Under the pieces are notes generated by a model. That model was given only the letters and a program-made list of their open reading frames with translations. It was not told the DNA's origin and searched no databases. The position numbers and the translations under genes were made by a program. From Candidatus Micrarchaeota archaeon (GTDB lineage: Archaea > Micrarchaeota > Micrarchaeia > Burarchaeales > JAKAKT01), in NCBI GenBank assembly GCA_041305385.1, contig JBFYLO010000053.1, positions 265-64,264 of the forward strand: a DNA stretch of 64,000 nucleotides, given 5' to 3'. Below, piece after piece: positions 34,735 to 44,485 of the stretch (the first letter of the stretch is position 1; every line of letters begins with the position of its first letter).

Positions 34735-35502
34735 ATGCTCTTTGATACCTACTGGAGCCATCGGGAGCTCATCTGGAGCCTGGTAAAGACCAACCTGAAA
34801 CTCCGCTACCGGAATTCAGCCCTCGGCTTCCTCTGGTCACTGCTGAACCCGCTGGCAATGTCCCTCGTCCTAATCTTCGTCTTCATCCATGTTTTCAAGT
34901 TCCAGATAGCCAACTACCCTGCTTACCTTCTCACCGGGGTAATAACCTGGCGCTTCTTTGCTTCAACCAACTATTCGCTCCAATCGATTCGCATGTACGC
35001 CCACGTCATAAAGAAAATCTACATCCCGCGGGAGATACTAGTTTTCAGCTGCTGCGTTTTCTCATTAATAGTCTCGCTCCTCGAGTTCGCAGTTCTTTTG
35101 GTCCTCCTCCTGTTCCTGGGCACGAACTTCAGCCCTTACATACTCCTGCTCCCGGTCCTCCTCTTGGTTCTTTTCCTCATGGTCTACGGAGTCTCCCTTG
35201 CCCTTTCCGCCCTTTCAGTCTATTACCGCGACATCGAGCACATCTGGGAGATTCTGCTCCAGGTGGGCTTCTACTCCGCCCCCATAATCTACCCAGGCCA
35301 AATCCTCCCCCCGCAATACTACAACATACTCCTCATCAACCCCATGAGCCATTTCGTCATCCCGATTCGGGAGGTTCTCATCTACTCTGAGCTCCCAAGA
35401 CTGGGTTCAATCATCGGGATGCTCGGGTTTACCTTAGTTGCCTTGGTTGCCGGGTACTTCATATTCAAGAAATACGAGCCAGGTTTCGGTGAAGAGCTAT
35501 GA
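34735..35502 (+). CDS. wzm: Polysaccharide ABC transporter permease (Wzm)
   Basis: 'LKLRYR.S.LG.LWSLLNPL', 'YYRD..H', 'PIIYP' and 'INPM'. Confidence 0.94.
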   Translation: MLFDTYWSHRELIWSLVKTNLKLRYRNSALGFLWSLLNPLAMSLVLIFVFIHVFKFQIANYPAYLLTGVITWRFFASTNYSLQSIRMYAHVIKKIYIPREILVFSCCVFSLIVSLLEFAVLLVLLLFLGTNFSPYILLLPVLLLVLFLMVYGVSLALSALSVYYRDIEHIWEILLQVGFYSAPIIYPGQILPPQYYNILLINPMSHFVIPIREVLIYSELPRLGSIIGMLGFTLVALVAGYFIFKKYEPGFGEEL

Positions 35503-36779
35503 GCGACATCGCAATTGAAGTGAAAAACCTCACAAAAGAGTTCAAGATTCCCCACAAAAAAGTGGACACGGTTTTCGAGAGGCTGGCCTCCTCCCTGTCA
35601 GGCAACCGCCATTCCTACGAGCGCTTCCTCGCTTTGGACAACGTGAGCTTCGTAGTCAGGAGGGGCGAATCACTCGGGGTAATCGGGAGGAACGGCTCCG
35701 GGAAGAGCACCCTGCTCAAGCTGATAGCTCGCATCATAAACCCGACGAGCGGAACTGTCACCACAAACGGCTCCGTCATGCCTTTCATAGAGCTTGGAGT
35801 GGGGTTCCAGTACGACATCACGGCGCGCGAGAACGTCTTCCTCTACGGGGCAATTATGGGCCTCAAGCAGAAGGAAATTGAGGAGCGCTACAAGGAGCTG
35901 GTGGAATTCTCAGAGCTTGAGAACTTCATGGACATGAAGCTGAAGGATTTCTCCTCGGGAATGGTGGCAAGGCTCGCTTTTTCAACAGCGATAATGGCCG
36001 ACCCGGACATACTCCTGATAGACGAGGTCCTCGCAGTTGGAGACATAGACTTCAGGAAGAAATGTTTCGAGAAGATGAACGAGTACAAGCGGAAGGGGAA
36101 GACCATCGTGCTGGTTTCCCATGACCTGAACATGATTGAGGAAATCTGTTCTTCATCAATTTTCCTAGAAAACGGAAGGATGCTCGACATCGGCAAGACC
36201 GAAAAGGTCGTGAACTCATACGTCGAGAAACTCGCAGATAAGAAGGAGAAAGAGCTCTTGAAGGAGAACACGCAGCAAGCACAAGAAGCAATCAAAACTG
36301 ACTCGACTCCCACCAGATGGGGGACAGGAGAGATTGCGGTGTCTAGTGCGAAGCTTTTTGATGACAAAGGAAACGAAAGATACCTCTTCACCAAAGGCGA
36401 ACCAGCCTTTGTCGTAATAGAATACAACTCATCGATAAAGGATGATAAGGCTTTTGCCTGGATTCAAATACGCAGGTTGAAGGACGATATCCTCGTTTAC
36501 GGATGCAACACTCACGCATGTAACGTCCCGGGCCAGGGCATCAACATAAATGTTACGGCAGGTGAGAACGGCAGGGTCAAGCTCGAACTCAAGGCCATGG
36601 ATTTAGCGGAAGGAGAATACTACCTGGGCGCGGGATTCGCGCAGCAGAACAAAATCGAGGCGAACACGAAGGTTTATGACTTCATAAGCAAAGCATTCAC
36701 ATTCGGAATAAAAAAGAGCACGAACCAGATGCCCGACGTAGGCGTTGTTCATCTTAAGTTTTCCTGGACTAAGCTTTGA
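35499..36779 (+). CDS. wzt: Polysaccharide ABC transporter ATPase (Wzt) with a C-terminal Wzt_C domain
   Basis: GRNGSGKST, 'FSSGM.ARLAF', 'LIDEVLAVGD..F' and C-terminal 'RWGTGE' carbohydrate-binding domain. Confidence 0.95.
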   Translation: MSDIAIEVKNLTKEFKIPHKKVDTVFERLASSLSGNRHSYERFLALDNVSFVVRRGESLGVIGRNGSGKSTLLKLIARIINPTSGTVTTNGSVMPFIELGVGFQYDITARENVFLYGAIMGLKQKEIEERYKELVEFSELENFMDMKLKDFSSGMVARLAFSTAIMADPDILLIDEVLAVGDIDFRKKCFEKMNEYKRKGKTIVLVSHDLNMIEEICSSSIFLENGRMLDIGKTEKVVNSYVEKLADKKEKELLKENTQQAQEAIKTDSTPTRWGTGEIAVSSAKLFDDKGNERYLFTKGEPAFVVIEYNSSIKDDKAFAWIQIRRLKDDILVYGCNTHACNVPGQGININVTAGENGRVKLELKAMDLAEGEYYLGAGFAQQNKIEANTKVYDFISKAFTFGIKKSTNQMPDVGVVHLKFSWTKL

Positions 36780-37576
36780 GCAGTTTCAAAGAACGTTCTG
36801 GTGAGTCATTGGACACTAAGGAGTTTTATGACGAATTAATATATGGGGAAGAAGCCCCGACAGTAGAACTAGGTACCAGAATGATTAATTATTTGGGGAT
36901 AGACGAAAAAGAACTGAAAGAAAAAAAAGTCCTGGAAATCGGCGTGGGGAGAGGCAACTGGTCCCTTGCCTTGGATAAATTTTCAGGAGAATACTTCGGC
37001 CTGGATTTATCCACCAAGACTATCGAAAATCTCAAAAATAAAGTTAATGGCACCCTGTTAGTTGGAGATATCACTAACCTGCCTTTCGATTCTGAGTCGT
37101 TTGATTATGTTTTTTGCATAGGTGTTCTCCCGGTTGTGAAAGACCAAGAAAAAGCATTCAATGAAATAACACGCGTAACTAAAAAAGACGGAATGATATG
37201 TTTATTTCTATACGGAAGAGTTCATCCGCGTAATTTATTCCGGTGGATAGTTTTTCAGCTTTTTAAAAACAAAGAATGGAAAGAAAAGCTAAAAATATGC
37301 CGAATCATAAAACGAACAGAGCGTTTTAAGATTCCTGGTTTTATATCTTTTCACGGATACACCGAGAACATGCTCATGGACTGGTATTTTGCCCCGGTTC
37401 AGCGCAAGCATACGTTTCCCGAGATTAAATCTTGGTGCGACAAGGCCGGAACAAAAAAACCGAAATTCATCGCCAATCCAATGGGCCCCGGCACGGATGT
37501 TTATAAAAAACTTGGTGAATTGCCGCTATTGGGGCATTTTCTTTCTCCAGATTTCTATGTCCTGATTCGAAAGTAA
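36776..37576 (+). CDS. Class I SAM-dependent methyltransferase
   Basis: 'VLEIGVGRG', 'LPF.SESFD.V' and 'GVL'. Confidence 0.9.
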   Translation: MSSFKERSGESLDTKEFYDELIYGEEAPTVELGTRMINYLGIDEKELKEKKVLEIGVGRGNWSLALDKFSGEYFGLDLSTKTIENLKNKVNGTLLVGDITNLPFDSESFDYVFCIGVLPVVKDQEKAFNEITRVTKKDGMICLFLYGRVHPRNLFRWIVFQLFKNKEWKEKLKICRIIKRTERFKIPGFISFHGYTENMLMDWYFAPVQRKHTFPEIKSWCDKAGTKKPKFIANPMGPGTDVYKKLGELPLLGHFLSPDFYVLIRK

Positions 37577-37607
37577 GTTTAAAAGTATTATCAGAGTTCT
37601 GTATTGC

Positions 37608-39266
37608 ATGCGAATAATCGGGCTCACTCACCTAGAACCATTTACTGGCTTTGCCCATGACGCCAGCGTTTCGCTCCTTTCCGACAAGTCCGTGGAGGCT
37701 GCCGTAGCCGAAGAGCGATTCACCAAAGTTAAGCACTATGCCGGCTATCCTGCTTGTAGTTTGAATTATCTATCAAAGGAATTCGAGGCCACTCTAGACA
37801 ATTGTGACGGGGTCGCTCTGCCCTGGCCCCCTCATCCAACCTACAAATACATGCTTACCAACAGCCTGAACCCGACAATCTCCCTGCAAAAGCTTTCAAA
37901 ATGCGGCCACGTCCCTAAAAACATTTATCAAGTCGACCACCACACTGCCCATGCAGCCACGGCTTTCAGATGTTCAGGTTGGAAAGACGCGGCTGTAGTG
38001 TCGATCGACGGAGGGGGGCTTGACTCGGGCATTCTCTCTTCCGGAGCCATATTCACCGCAAGAAACCATAAACTCGAGCGCATCGCCCTTTTTGAGTCAG
38101 AAAAAGCGAATCTCGGGATATTCTACGGCGCAGTCACCGAATCCCTTGGGTGGAAATATGCTGACGGAGAAGGAAAGACGATGGGCCTTGCTTGTTTTGG
38201 GGATCCAAAACCAGCTTACGAGCACATAAAGTCAATTGCACCGTATGCTGAGGGCACGGAGTTGAAGTCTAACGTTGAACCCCCTGCCTGCTACGTGAAC
38301 ATAGTGAACGGTCGTTTCTGCGTGGAATTCTTCAACGAGACTTACAAAAAAATAGAAATGGCAGTTGGTAAGCACGGGAAGGAAAACGTGGCTGCAGCGA
38401 CTCAGAGAGTTTTTGAGGAAGTCATTACAGAGCTGGTCACGAATGCAGTCGATGCGACCGGCCAAAAAAACGTCTGCCTTTCCGGCGGGGTGTTCCTGAA
38501 CATAAAGGTCAACATGAGGCTCAGGGAGGCGCTTCCGGAATGCCGCTTCTACATACCCCCGAATCCAGGGGATGGGGGATCAGCAGTCGGCTCTGCGCTT
38601 GAAGTTCTTTTCAATGAAGGCCGTCATACTGGCAAAAAACTTGAACACCCGTACTTGGGTCCCGAGTACTCAAACGAAGAAATCGAGGCGCTGCTTAAAA
38701 AAACAAAGAAAATCAAGTACAAAAAATCTTCGGATATAGCTGAAGATGTGGCTAAGTTAATAGAAAAGAAGAAGGTAGTCGGCTGGTTTCAGGGCAGGGC
38801 CGAGTGGGGCCCTAGAGCATTGGGGAACAGAAGTGTCCTCTCCCACCCTGGGGACGTTAAGCTCAAGGATAAAATCAACCTACATCTCAAGAGAAGAGAA
38901 TGGTTCATGCCGTTTGCCCCGAGCATAAAACTTGAGGCGATAGACGAATACTTCGTAAATCCGTGCGAATCGCCATTCATGATTATGGGCTTTCAGGTCA
39001 GGGAGGAGAGGAGAAAGGAAATAGCGGCCGTAGTTCATGTTGACGACACCGTTCGTCCCCACACGGTCAAGAAAGGCATCAATCCGAAATACTACTCTTT
39101 GTTATCCGAATTCGAGAAGCTCTCTGGGGTCCCGGCGGTCCTTAACACGAGCTTCAACAGGCATGGCCTTCCCCTCATAAATTCTCCGGATGACGCAATA
39201 CAACACCTTCTCTGGGGCTGCGTAGAAGTCCTTTCAGTTGGGGACTTCATAGTCACGAAGGCCTGA
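37608..39266 (+). CDS. Carbamoyltransferase (NodU/CmcH/TobZ family)
   Basis: 'HDAS', 'EERF', 'HH.AHAA', 'DGGG', 'EGKTMGLA.FG', 'GR.EWGPRALG.RS', 'RE.F.PFAP', 'VH.D.T.R' and 'NTSFN'. Confidence 0.96.
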   Translation: MRIIGLTHLEPFTGFAHDASVSLLSDKSVEAAVAEERFTKVKHYAGYPACSLNYLSKEFEATLDNCDGVALPWPPHPTYKYMLTNSLNPTISLQKLSKCGHVPKNIYQVDHHTAHAATAFRCSGWKDAAVVSIDGGGLDSGILSSGAIFTARNHKLERIALFESEKANLGIFYGAVTESLGWKYADGEGKTMGLACFGDPKPAYEHIKSIAPYAEGTELKSNVEPPACYVNIVNGRFCVEFFNETYKKIEMAVGKHGKENVAAATQRVFEEVITELVTNAVDATGQKNVCLSGGVFLNIKVNMRLREALPECRFYIPPNPGDGGSAVGSALEVLFNEGRHTGKKLEHPYLGPEYSNEEIEALLKKTKKIKYKKSSDIAEDVAKLIEKKKVVGWFQGRAEWGPRALGNRSVLSHPGDVKLKDKINLHLKRREWFMPFAPSIKLEAIDEYFVNPCESPFMIMGFQVREERRKEIAAVVHVDDTVRPHTVKKGINPKYYSLLSEFEKLSGVPAVLNTSFNRHGLPLINSPDDAIQHLLWGCVEVLSVGDFIVTKA

Positions 39267-39269
39267 CCA

Positions 39270-40289
39270 TTACCTAAGTAGAGACAATCGTCTTTTCGCT
39301 TCCTTTTCGACTTCTTCCTTAACCGGAAAGTGCACCGGTACCCTGCCGTTCATCATGCAGCCATCGCATACTCCGCCAGTGCTCCTTTTCGTTCTTATGT
39401 ACTTTCGGGCTTTCCTGTATTCCTCCGAATTCCAAATCCGCCAAAAAGAACTCTCCTTCAGGTCCCCAATCGGCTTTTCGTAAAGAAAACAACACGTAGT
39501 TGCCTTTCCCTCTGAATCAACGGTGGCTGCAACCCAGGGCCAGTCGCAATATTCCTCTGCCCGTGTCTTCTCGAACCTCACGTGTTTATCCGACTTTGGG
39601 GCCCACTTCTCGTAGTCCTCGGTCGGTATATATGCAGAATAGCCTGGAACGAAAATGTCAACCCCGAGTTCTCTCGCCATCTTTTCGGCCTTCTCTACCT
39701 CGTGCTCATTGTGCCGGAAAACCAAGAATTGCCATAATACTTTCGGATTATCCCTGTTCATTTCCTTTTTCTTGGCAATAAGAATCTTCAAATTATTCAA
39801 GACTTTATCAAAATCGCCGCCAATCCTGTATTTCCTGTAAGTGCGACTGGTCGTTCCATCGATTGACACAACCAGGAGATCCAAGCCAGAATCGATAATC
39901 CGCTCCGCCAGTCTCTCGTCAAGGAGATTAAGGTTTGAGCTCATCCTAGTGAAAATGCCCTTGTCACTAACGTGTTTGATTATTTCGAATATCTTCGGGT
40001 TTAAGAGCGGTTCCCCCCAGTTGTAGAAGTCCACGCAAAAAAGATAATTCTCGAGCTGGGAAAATATCTTCTTGAAGTTCTCAACACCCATTACTTTTGG
40101 CTTAATGGTATTCTTTTTCATCCCCTGTCCCGTTGGGCAGAACGGGCATCTTAAGTTGCAGAAGTTGGTAGTGTCGACCATAATCACATACGGGTAGCCC
40201 AAAACCATGCTCCTCCGCAATCTCTTCTGTCTACTTACTAGAAGATAATTGAGATAAGCCTTGGTCGGCCTCTTTTTTGGGTCGAACAT
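39270..40289 (-). CDS. Radical SAM protein with SPASM domain
   Basis: CNLRCPFC triad, 'YNWGEPLLNP' and C-terminal 'C.WPW....V..G....CC' and 'C.GC'. Confidence 0.93.
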   Translation of the reverse strand: MFDPKKRPTKAYLNYLLVSRQKRLRRSMVLGYPYVIMVDTTNFCNLRCPFCPTGQGMKKNTIKPKVMGVENFKKIFSQLENYLFCVDFYNWGEPLLNPKIFEIIKHVSDKGIFTRMSSNLNLLDERLAERIIDSGLDLLVVSIDGTTSRTYRKYRIGGDFDKVLNNLKILIAKKKEMNRDNPKVLWQFLVFRHNEHEVEKAEKMARELGVDIFVPGYSAYIPTEDYEKWAPKSDKHVRFEKTRAEEYCDWPWVAATVDSEGKATTCCFLYEKPIGDLKESSFWRIWNSEEYRKARKYIRTKRSTGGVCDGCMMNGRVPVHFPVKEEVEKEAKRRLSLLR

Positions 40290-40398
40290 AAAGACCGTTA
40301 TCCCTTATTTATTTATAACCATTAATGCTATGGGGTTTCGGGTCCGATGATCCAACAGTGGGAATGTTTTTTTAATACATGCCCCATATTCTTCTGAT

Positions 40399-41364
40399 TT
40401 GATGAAGAAAATTCTAAACGTCGGTTGTGGTCAGGGTGCCAAAACCAAGGAACTTAGCCAGCGCGGGGAAGTAACCGGCATAGACATTTCTGAAAAAGCC
40501 CTCCGCGACGCAAGAAAAGCATTTCCCAACTCTAAATTTCTGAATATGAATGCTGAAAGAATGTCTTTCCCTAGGAACTATTTTGACGAAGTCCACTGCT
40601 ACGACGTTCTTGAGCATGTAGATAACTTCGACAAAGTCATGTCTGAGCTTTCCCGGGTCATAAAGAGAACCGGGTGCCTGGTAGCAGAGTTTCCATATGC
40701 ACCTTCTGAGAAGCTTCTTTCAGCAGTAAACCCCGGTTACCCGCGACAGGCCCACCACAAACGGGTTTTCCATCTTGATTCAACAGTCAATGTTCTCAAC
40801 AGTTCTGGTTTCAAAATAAAAAAAATCGAACATAAGAAGTTTTTTGAAAATCTATATCTCACGTACTATTTTCTTTTTGGTTCTACAATCCAGAATCAGC
40901 AAGGAGCTCTCAGTACGCCAAAAACTGGCGAGGAGAACGGAGAGGCAATAAGATGCCTTCTTCTCCTAACAGACCATTCTCCCGCAGTAGTTAAGCAGTT
41001 GATGGGCCCGAAGTTGCTGAAGTTTACTGAAGCAAAAACAGGTGTCTCACTTGAAAATGCCGAGATACTGGCAAAACTGTTTGACGGTTTGGGTTCCACC
41101 CTCTTTCCAAAAACCATTCGTTTAGAGTGCACTTACACCGGCAAAAAGGAAAGCCAAAATTTGAAAAAAATTCCCGTGAAAAAAATACGTGTGTTGAATA
41201 TCTTGGACGATGTCTTAGAAAAAGAAAAAGCCATACTGTTTGAATCGTTGAAGGACAAACAAAAACGAATTGATGATCTCGAATCCGAACTAATTCGCAT
41301 AAGGAGCTCTAGGGAATACCGGCTCCTCATGAAGATGAATAAGCTGAATAAACTATTCGACTGA
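40399..41364 (+). CDS. Class I SAM methyltransferase with a C-terminal coiled coil
   Basis: 'ILNVGCGQG', 'DVLEHV' and C-terminal heptads ending IRSSREYRLL. Confidence 0.88.
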   Translation: MMKKILNVGCGQGAKTKELSQRGEVTGIDISEKALRDARKAFPNSKFLNMNAERMSFPRNYFDEVHCYDVLEHVDNFDKVMSELSRVIKRTGCLVAEFPYAPSEKLLSAVNPGYPRQAHHKRVFHLDSTVNVLNSSGFKIKKIEHKKFFENLYLTYYFLFGSTIQNQQGALSTPKTGEENGEAIRCLLLLTDHSPAVVKQLMGPKLLKFTEAKTGVSLENAEILAKLFDGLGSTLFPKTIRLECTYTGKKESQNLKKIPVKKIRVLNILDDVLEKEKAILFESLKDKQKRIDDLESELIRIRSSREYRLLMKMNKLNKLFD

Positions 41365-41368
41365 GTGG

Positions 41369-42433
41369 ATGGATGTGAAACCAGAACTTGTTCCCCGAGT
41401 TTCAATAATCATCGTCAACTGGAACGGTCTTCGCCACCTCAAACCACTTTTCGACTCAATAAAAAAGCTAGATTTTGACAAAAAAAAGCTCGAAGTCCTG
41501 ATGGTTGACAACGCCTCAACTGATGAGTCGGTCTCCTTTACCAAAAAAAACTACTCCTCAATCCGGATTCTTCGGCTCGACCAGAATTACGGTTTCTGCG
41601 GGGGCAACAACAGAGGCATTGCCGAGGCTAAGGGAGATTACATTTTGCTCCTGAACAACGACGTCGTAGTTGACAAGAACCTCCTGAATGCCTTGCTCGC
41701 GGGTTTCTCCTCCCCAGAAGTCGGAGCAGTTGGGGGAAAAGTCTACGAATGGAACGAAAAGAACCCTGCCTTCAGCACCAAGAACAGGATTTCCAGCTCT
41801 TGGCCGAAAATTTCGCCATGGAGGTGCATCCCTTTCAGTTTTACCGACGAGCGCCCAGCAGGCTCGGTCGATTACCTGCCCGGCTGCATGCTGATGGTCA
41901 GAAAAAAACTCATAGAAGAAATAGGTTCGATTGATGAAGATTACCAAGCCTATTTCGAGGAGACGGATTGGTGCGCAAGGATGATTAGGGCAGGGCATAA
42001 ACCTTTTTACACTCCCGATGCAATGATTTGGCACCGCTTTCTCGCAACCGCAAATGCGATTTCCCCAGATTTCAACCACCGGATGATGACAAGAAACAGA
42101 ATTCGTTTTGTTCTCAAAAACTTCGACTTCCTCCGCTTGTTCTTCTTTCTGCTCTACTATCCTTTCGAGGTTATCTGGAAATTCCTCCGTCTCAACTTCA
42201 TAATACTGCGTTCGGTTATCTCAACTCCTGTGCAAAGAGCCCACGACATACTGGTTATTTCCTATTACTCCAGAGACCTGAAATTCGTTTTCCAATCCAT
42301 CCTGTGGAACCTAACCAACCTCCCAAGGACCCTCCAAGCTAGAAGCATAGATCTGGGCAGGCTCAAGAATCGTCAGAGTTATAACCTTAATCTTCCCCTT
42401 AGGAATGTTGCCCCAAACAGGAGAGACCTATGA
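41369..42433 (+). CDS. GT2 family glycosyltransferase
   Basis: 'SIIIVNWNG', 'VDNASTD', 'N.GFCGGNN', 'LLNND' and 'FEETDWC.R'. Confidence 0.95.
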   Translation: MDVKPELVPRVSIIIVNWNGLRHLKPLFDSIKKLDFDKKKLEVLMVDNASTDESVSFTKKNYSSIRILRLDQNYGFCGGNNRGIAEAKGDYILLLNNDVVVDKNLLNALLAGFSSPEVGAVGGKVYEWNEKNPAFSTKNRISSSWPKISPWRCIPFSFTDERPAGSVDYLPGCMLMVRKKLIEEIGSIDEDYQAYFEETDWCARMIRAGHKPFYTPDAMIWHRFLATANAISPDFNHRMMTRNRIRFVLKNFDFLRLFFFLLYYPFEVIWKFLRLNFIILRSVISTPVQRAHDILVISYYSRDLKFVFQSILWNLTNLPRTLQARSIDLGRLKNRQSYNLNLPLRNVAPNRRDL

Positions 42434-44481
42434 AAATCCTAAACCTTGACAATTTTCTGGAAAAGCTTCGCACTTCTGCAGTGGTTCTGGACTTAGGTTG
42501 CGGGGAGGGTAGCTTCGACTATTACAAGTATCGCTTCAAGGTAAAGGCTTTGGATTCCTCCAAACCAGTGAAGAAACTCCCGAAAAACACAGAATTCATC
42601 AGCACTGAGTTCACAAGCCTCCCTTTCAAGGACAAAACTTTTGATGCGATAGTCGCCAACTGGACGCTCCAGCGGATAAAAAACGTCGATTCCATGCTCT
42701 CCGAGATAGGCCGAGTTCTGAAGGACGATGGCTTCTTCTTCTGTTCAATCCCAGACGGCCTCAGTTTTGACGAAGCATTCTACAAATTCCTCTACCGCAC
42801 TCGCAAGCACGTCAACTCCTTCGGATTTAAACCATTCCAAAAACTAGTTCTTGAAAAAGCCAATCTGAATTTAGACTCCTATTGCGAGTGGCATACTGGC
42901 TTTACTTACATGGTCGTCCCAAAGGGGAAGCACGTTGGCCTGAGCCCCCTAAAGCTCATAACTCTCCTCCCAGACCCCCTGACCCACGGGCTGCAAAGGG
43001 TCCTAGTCCGAGGAACGCGTTTCTCGGACAGCAAGTTCAACACAAAATTGGGCGTTTGCGGCTGGCTCATGGTCTTTAAGAGGGGCGCACGCAAGCAAAC
43101 GGCCTTTCCATCCACCCGCAACATATGCACCAAATGCGGGGTGAGCTACTGGGGCAACCACCAGTCAGGTCCCCTCGGCCTGGTCGGGCTGAAAACCTAC
43201 AGATGCTCGTCCTGTGGCCGAACCAACGACCACTTCCACGTTTCAATGCCAGAAGACCCGAAACCAGCCCCAAAAAAAATAAAAATAGGCGACAAAAGCG
43301 TCGTGATAATTGCGTCCATCCCCTATACCTTTCCGCTCTACCAGAGAATCCATCATTTCACAAGTTTCTTCTTGAAAGACAATTGGAGCGTCCTTTTCAT
43401 AGAACCCACGCCGTTCACTAAGAACGAGAGACCCAAGAAGAACCTCGAAGTCTGGTACCCCCAGGTTGAGGGGGCAAATGCCTTCTACTGGCTTCGCGAC
43501 AAGAAATACTACTGGGAGAGGACCTATAGGGGCATGTACAGGTTCTTCCAGCTAGTAAGGCTTTTGGGAGGCTTCAAGCTCTATCGGTTCCTCAGGAACA
43601 AATACGAACGAAAAATCCACACAATCACTCAACAGCAGGCATTCGATACAAAAATAAGTGAAAAGCTTGCAGAATACGCCCAAGCCAAGGAGAAAATAGC
43701 CTTTTTCCAGTTCCCGCACCACGTTGAGCAGATTCCCCACTTGAAGGAACTCGGCTACAAAATTGTTTACGACATGGTGGACGACATTGCCGAATTCGAG
43801 GAAGTCCCAAAGGAGATACGCAACAGGGAAATTCATTTGATCGAGAATTCCGACTTGGTGATAGCCACTTCAAAACCCCTTTTCGATATGGCCAAGAGGT
43901 ACAATCGAAACGTTAAGCTTATACCAAACGGAGTCGAGTATTCACATTTCGTAAAAGCTAGGAAACATCTCCCCAGGCCTTTAGACATGCCTAAAGGAAA
44001 GCCGATAATCGGCTACTACGGGGCTATATGGACATGGTTTGACGAGGAACTTCTTCTTTATCTGGCAAGGGAGAGGCCGCAATACGATTTCGTCCTTATC
44101 GGCACAATTCTTCAAACGCTTAAGCAGCGCTTCAGCGAGCAGCCCAACGTCCACTATCTTGGGGAGAAGAAATACTCGGTTCTCCCAAACTACCTAAGTC
44201 ATTTTGACCTGGCAATCGTGCCTTTCAAGGAGAACAACCTCACCAAGGCCGTCAATCCGGTGAAAGTCTACGAATACCTGGCAGGCGGGAAGCAAGTCGT
44301 TTACAAAGGCCTTCAAAATATGGGGTCCTTCCCCTGCTGTTATTCTACCGAAAGCAAGGAAGAATTCCTCAAGCAGGTCGACCTTTCCCTGAAAAGAAAG
44401 TGCAGCCTGAAACAGGCCGATTCCTTCCTTAAGGACGATGATTGGGAGCACAAGTATGCGAAAATGAAAAGACAACTGTGA
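42430..44481 (+). CDS. Fusion of a SAM methyltransferase, a Zn-ribbon and a GT4-like glycosyltransferase
   Basis: 'DLGCGEG'; CTKCG...CSSCG; 'YD.VDD..EF', 'IPNGV', 'GYYG' and 'NP.K.YEYLA.GK'. Confidence 0.88.
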   Translation: MKILNLDNFLEKLRTSAVVLDLGCGEGSFDYYKYRFKVKALDSSKPVKKLPKNTEFISTEFTSLPFKDKTFDAIVANWTLQRIKNVDSMLSEIGRVLKDDGFFFCSIPDGLSFDEAFYKFLYRTRKHVNSFGFKPFQKLVLEKANLNLDSYCEWHTGFTYMVVPKGKHVGLSPLKLITLLPDPLTHGLQRVLVRGTRFSDSKFNTKLGVCGWLMVFKRGARKQTAFPSTRNICTKCGVSYWGNHQSGPLGLVGLKTYRCSSCGRTNDHFHVSMPEDPKPAPKKIKIGDKSVVIIASIPYTFPLYQRIHHFTSFFLKDNWSVLFIEPTPFTKNERPKKNLEVWYPQVEGANAFYWLRDKKYYWERTYRGMYRFFQLVRLLGGFKLYRFLRNKYERKIHTITQQQAFDTKISEKLAEYAQAKEKIAFFQFPHHVEQIPHLKELGYKIVYDMVDDIAEFEEVPKEIRNREIHLIENSDLVIATSKPLFDMAKRYNRNVKLIPNGVEYSHFVKARKHLPRPLDMPKGKPIIGYYGAIWTWFDEELLLYLARERPQYDFVLIGTILQTLKQRFSEQPNVHYLGEKKYSVLPNYLSHFDLAIVPFKENNLTKAVNPVKVYEYLAGGKQVVYKGLQNMGSFPCCYSTESKEEFLKQVDLSLKRKCSLKQADSFLKDDDWEHKYAKMKRQL

Positions 44482-44485
44482 TCAA

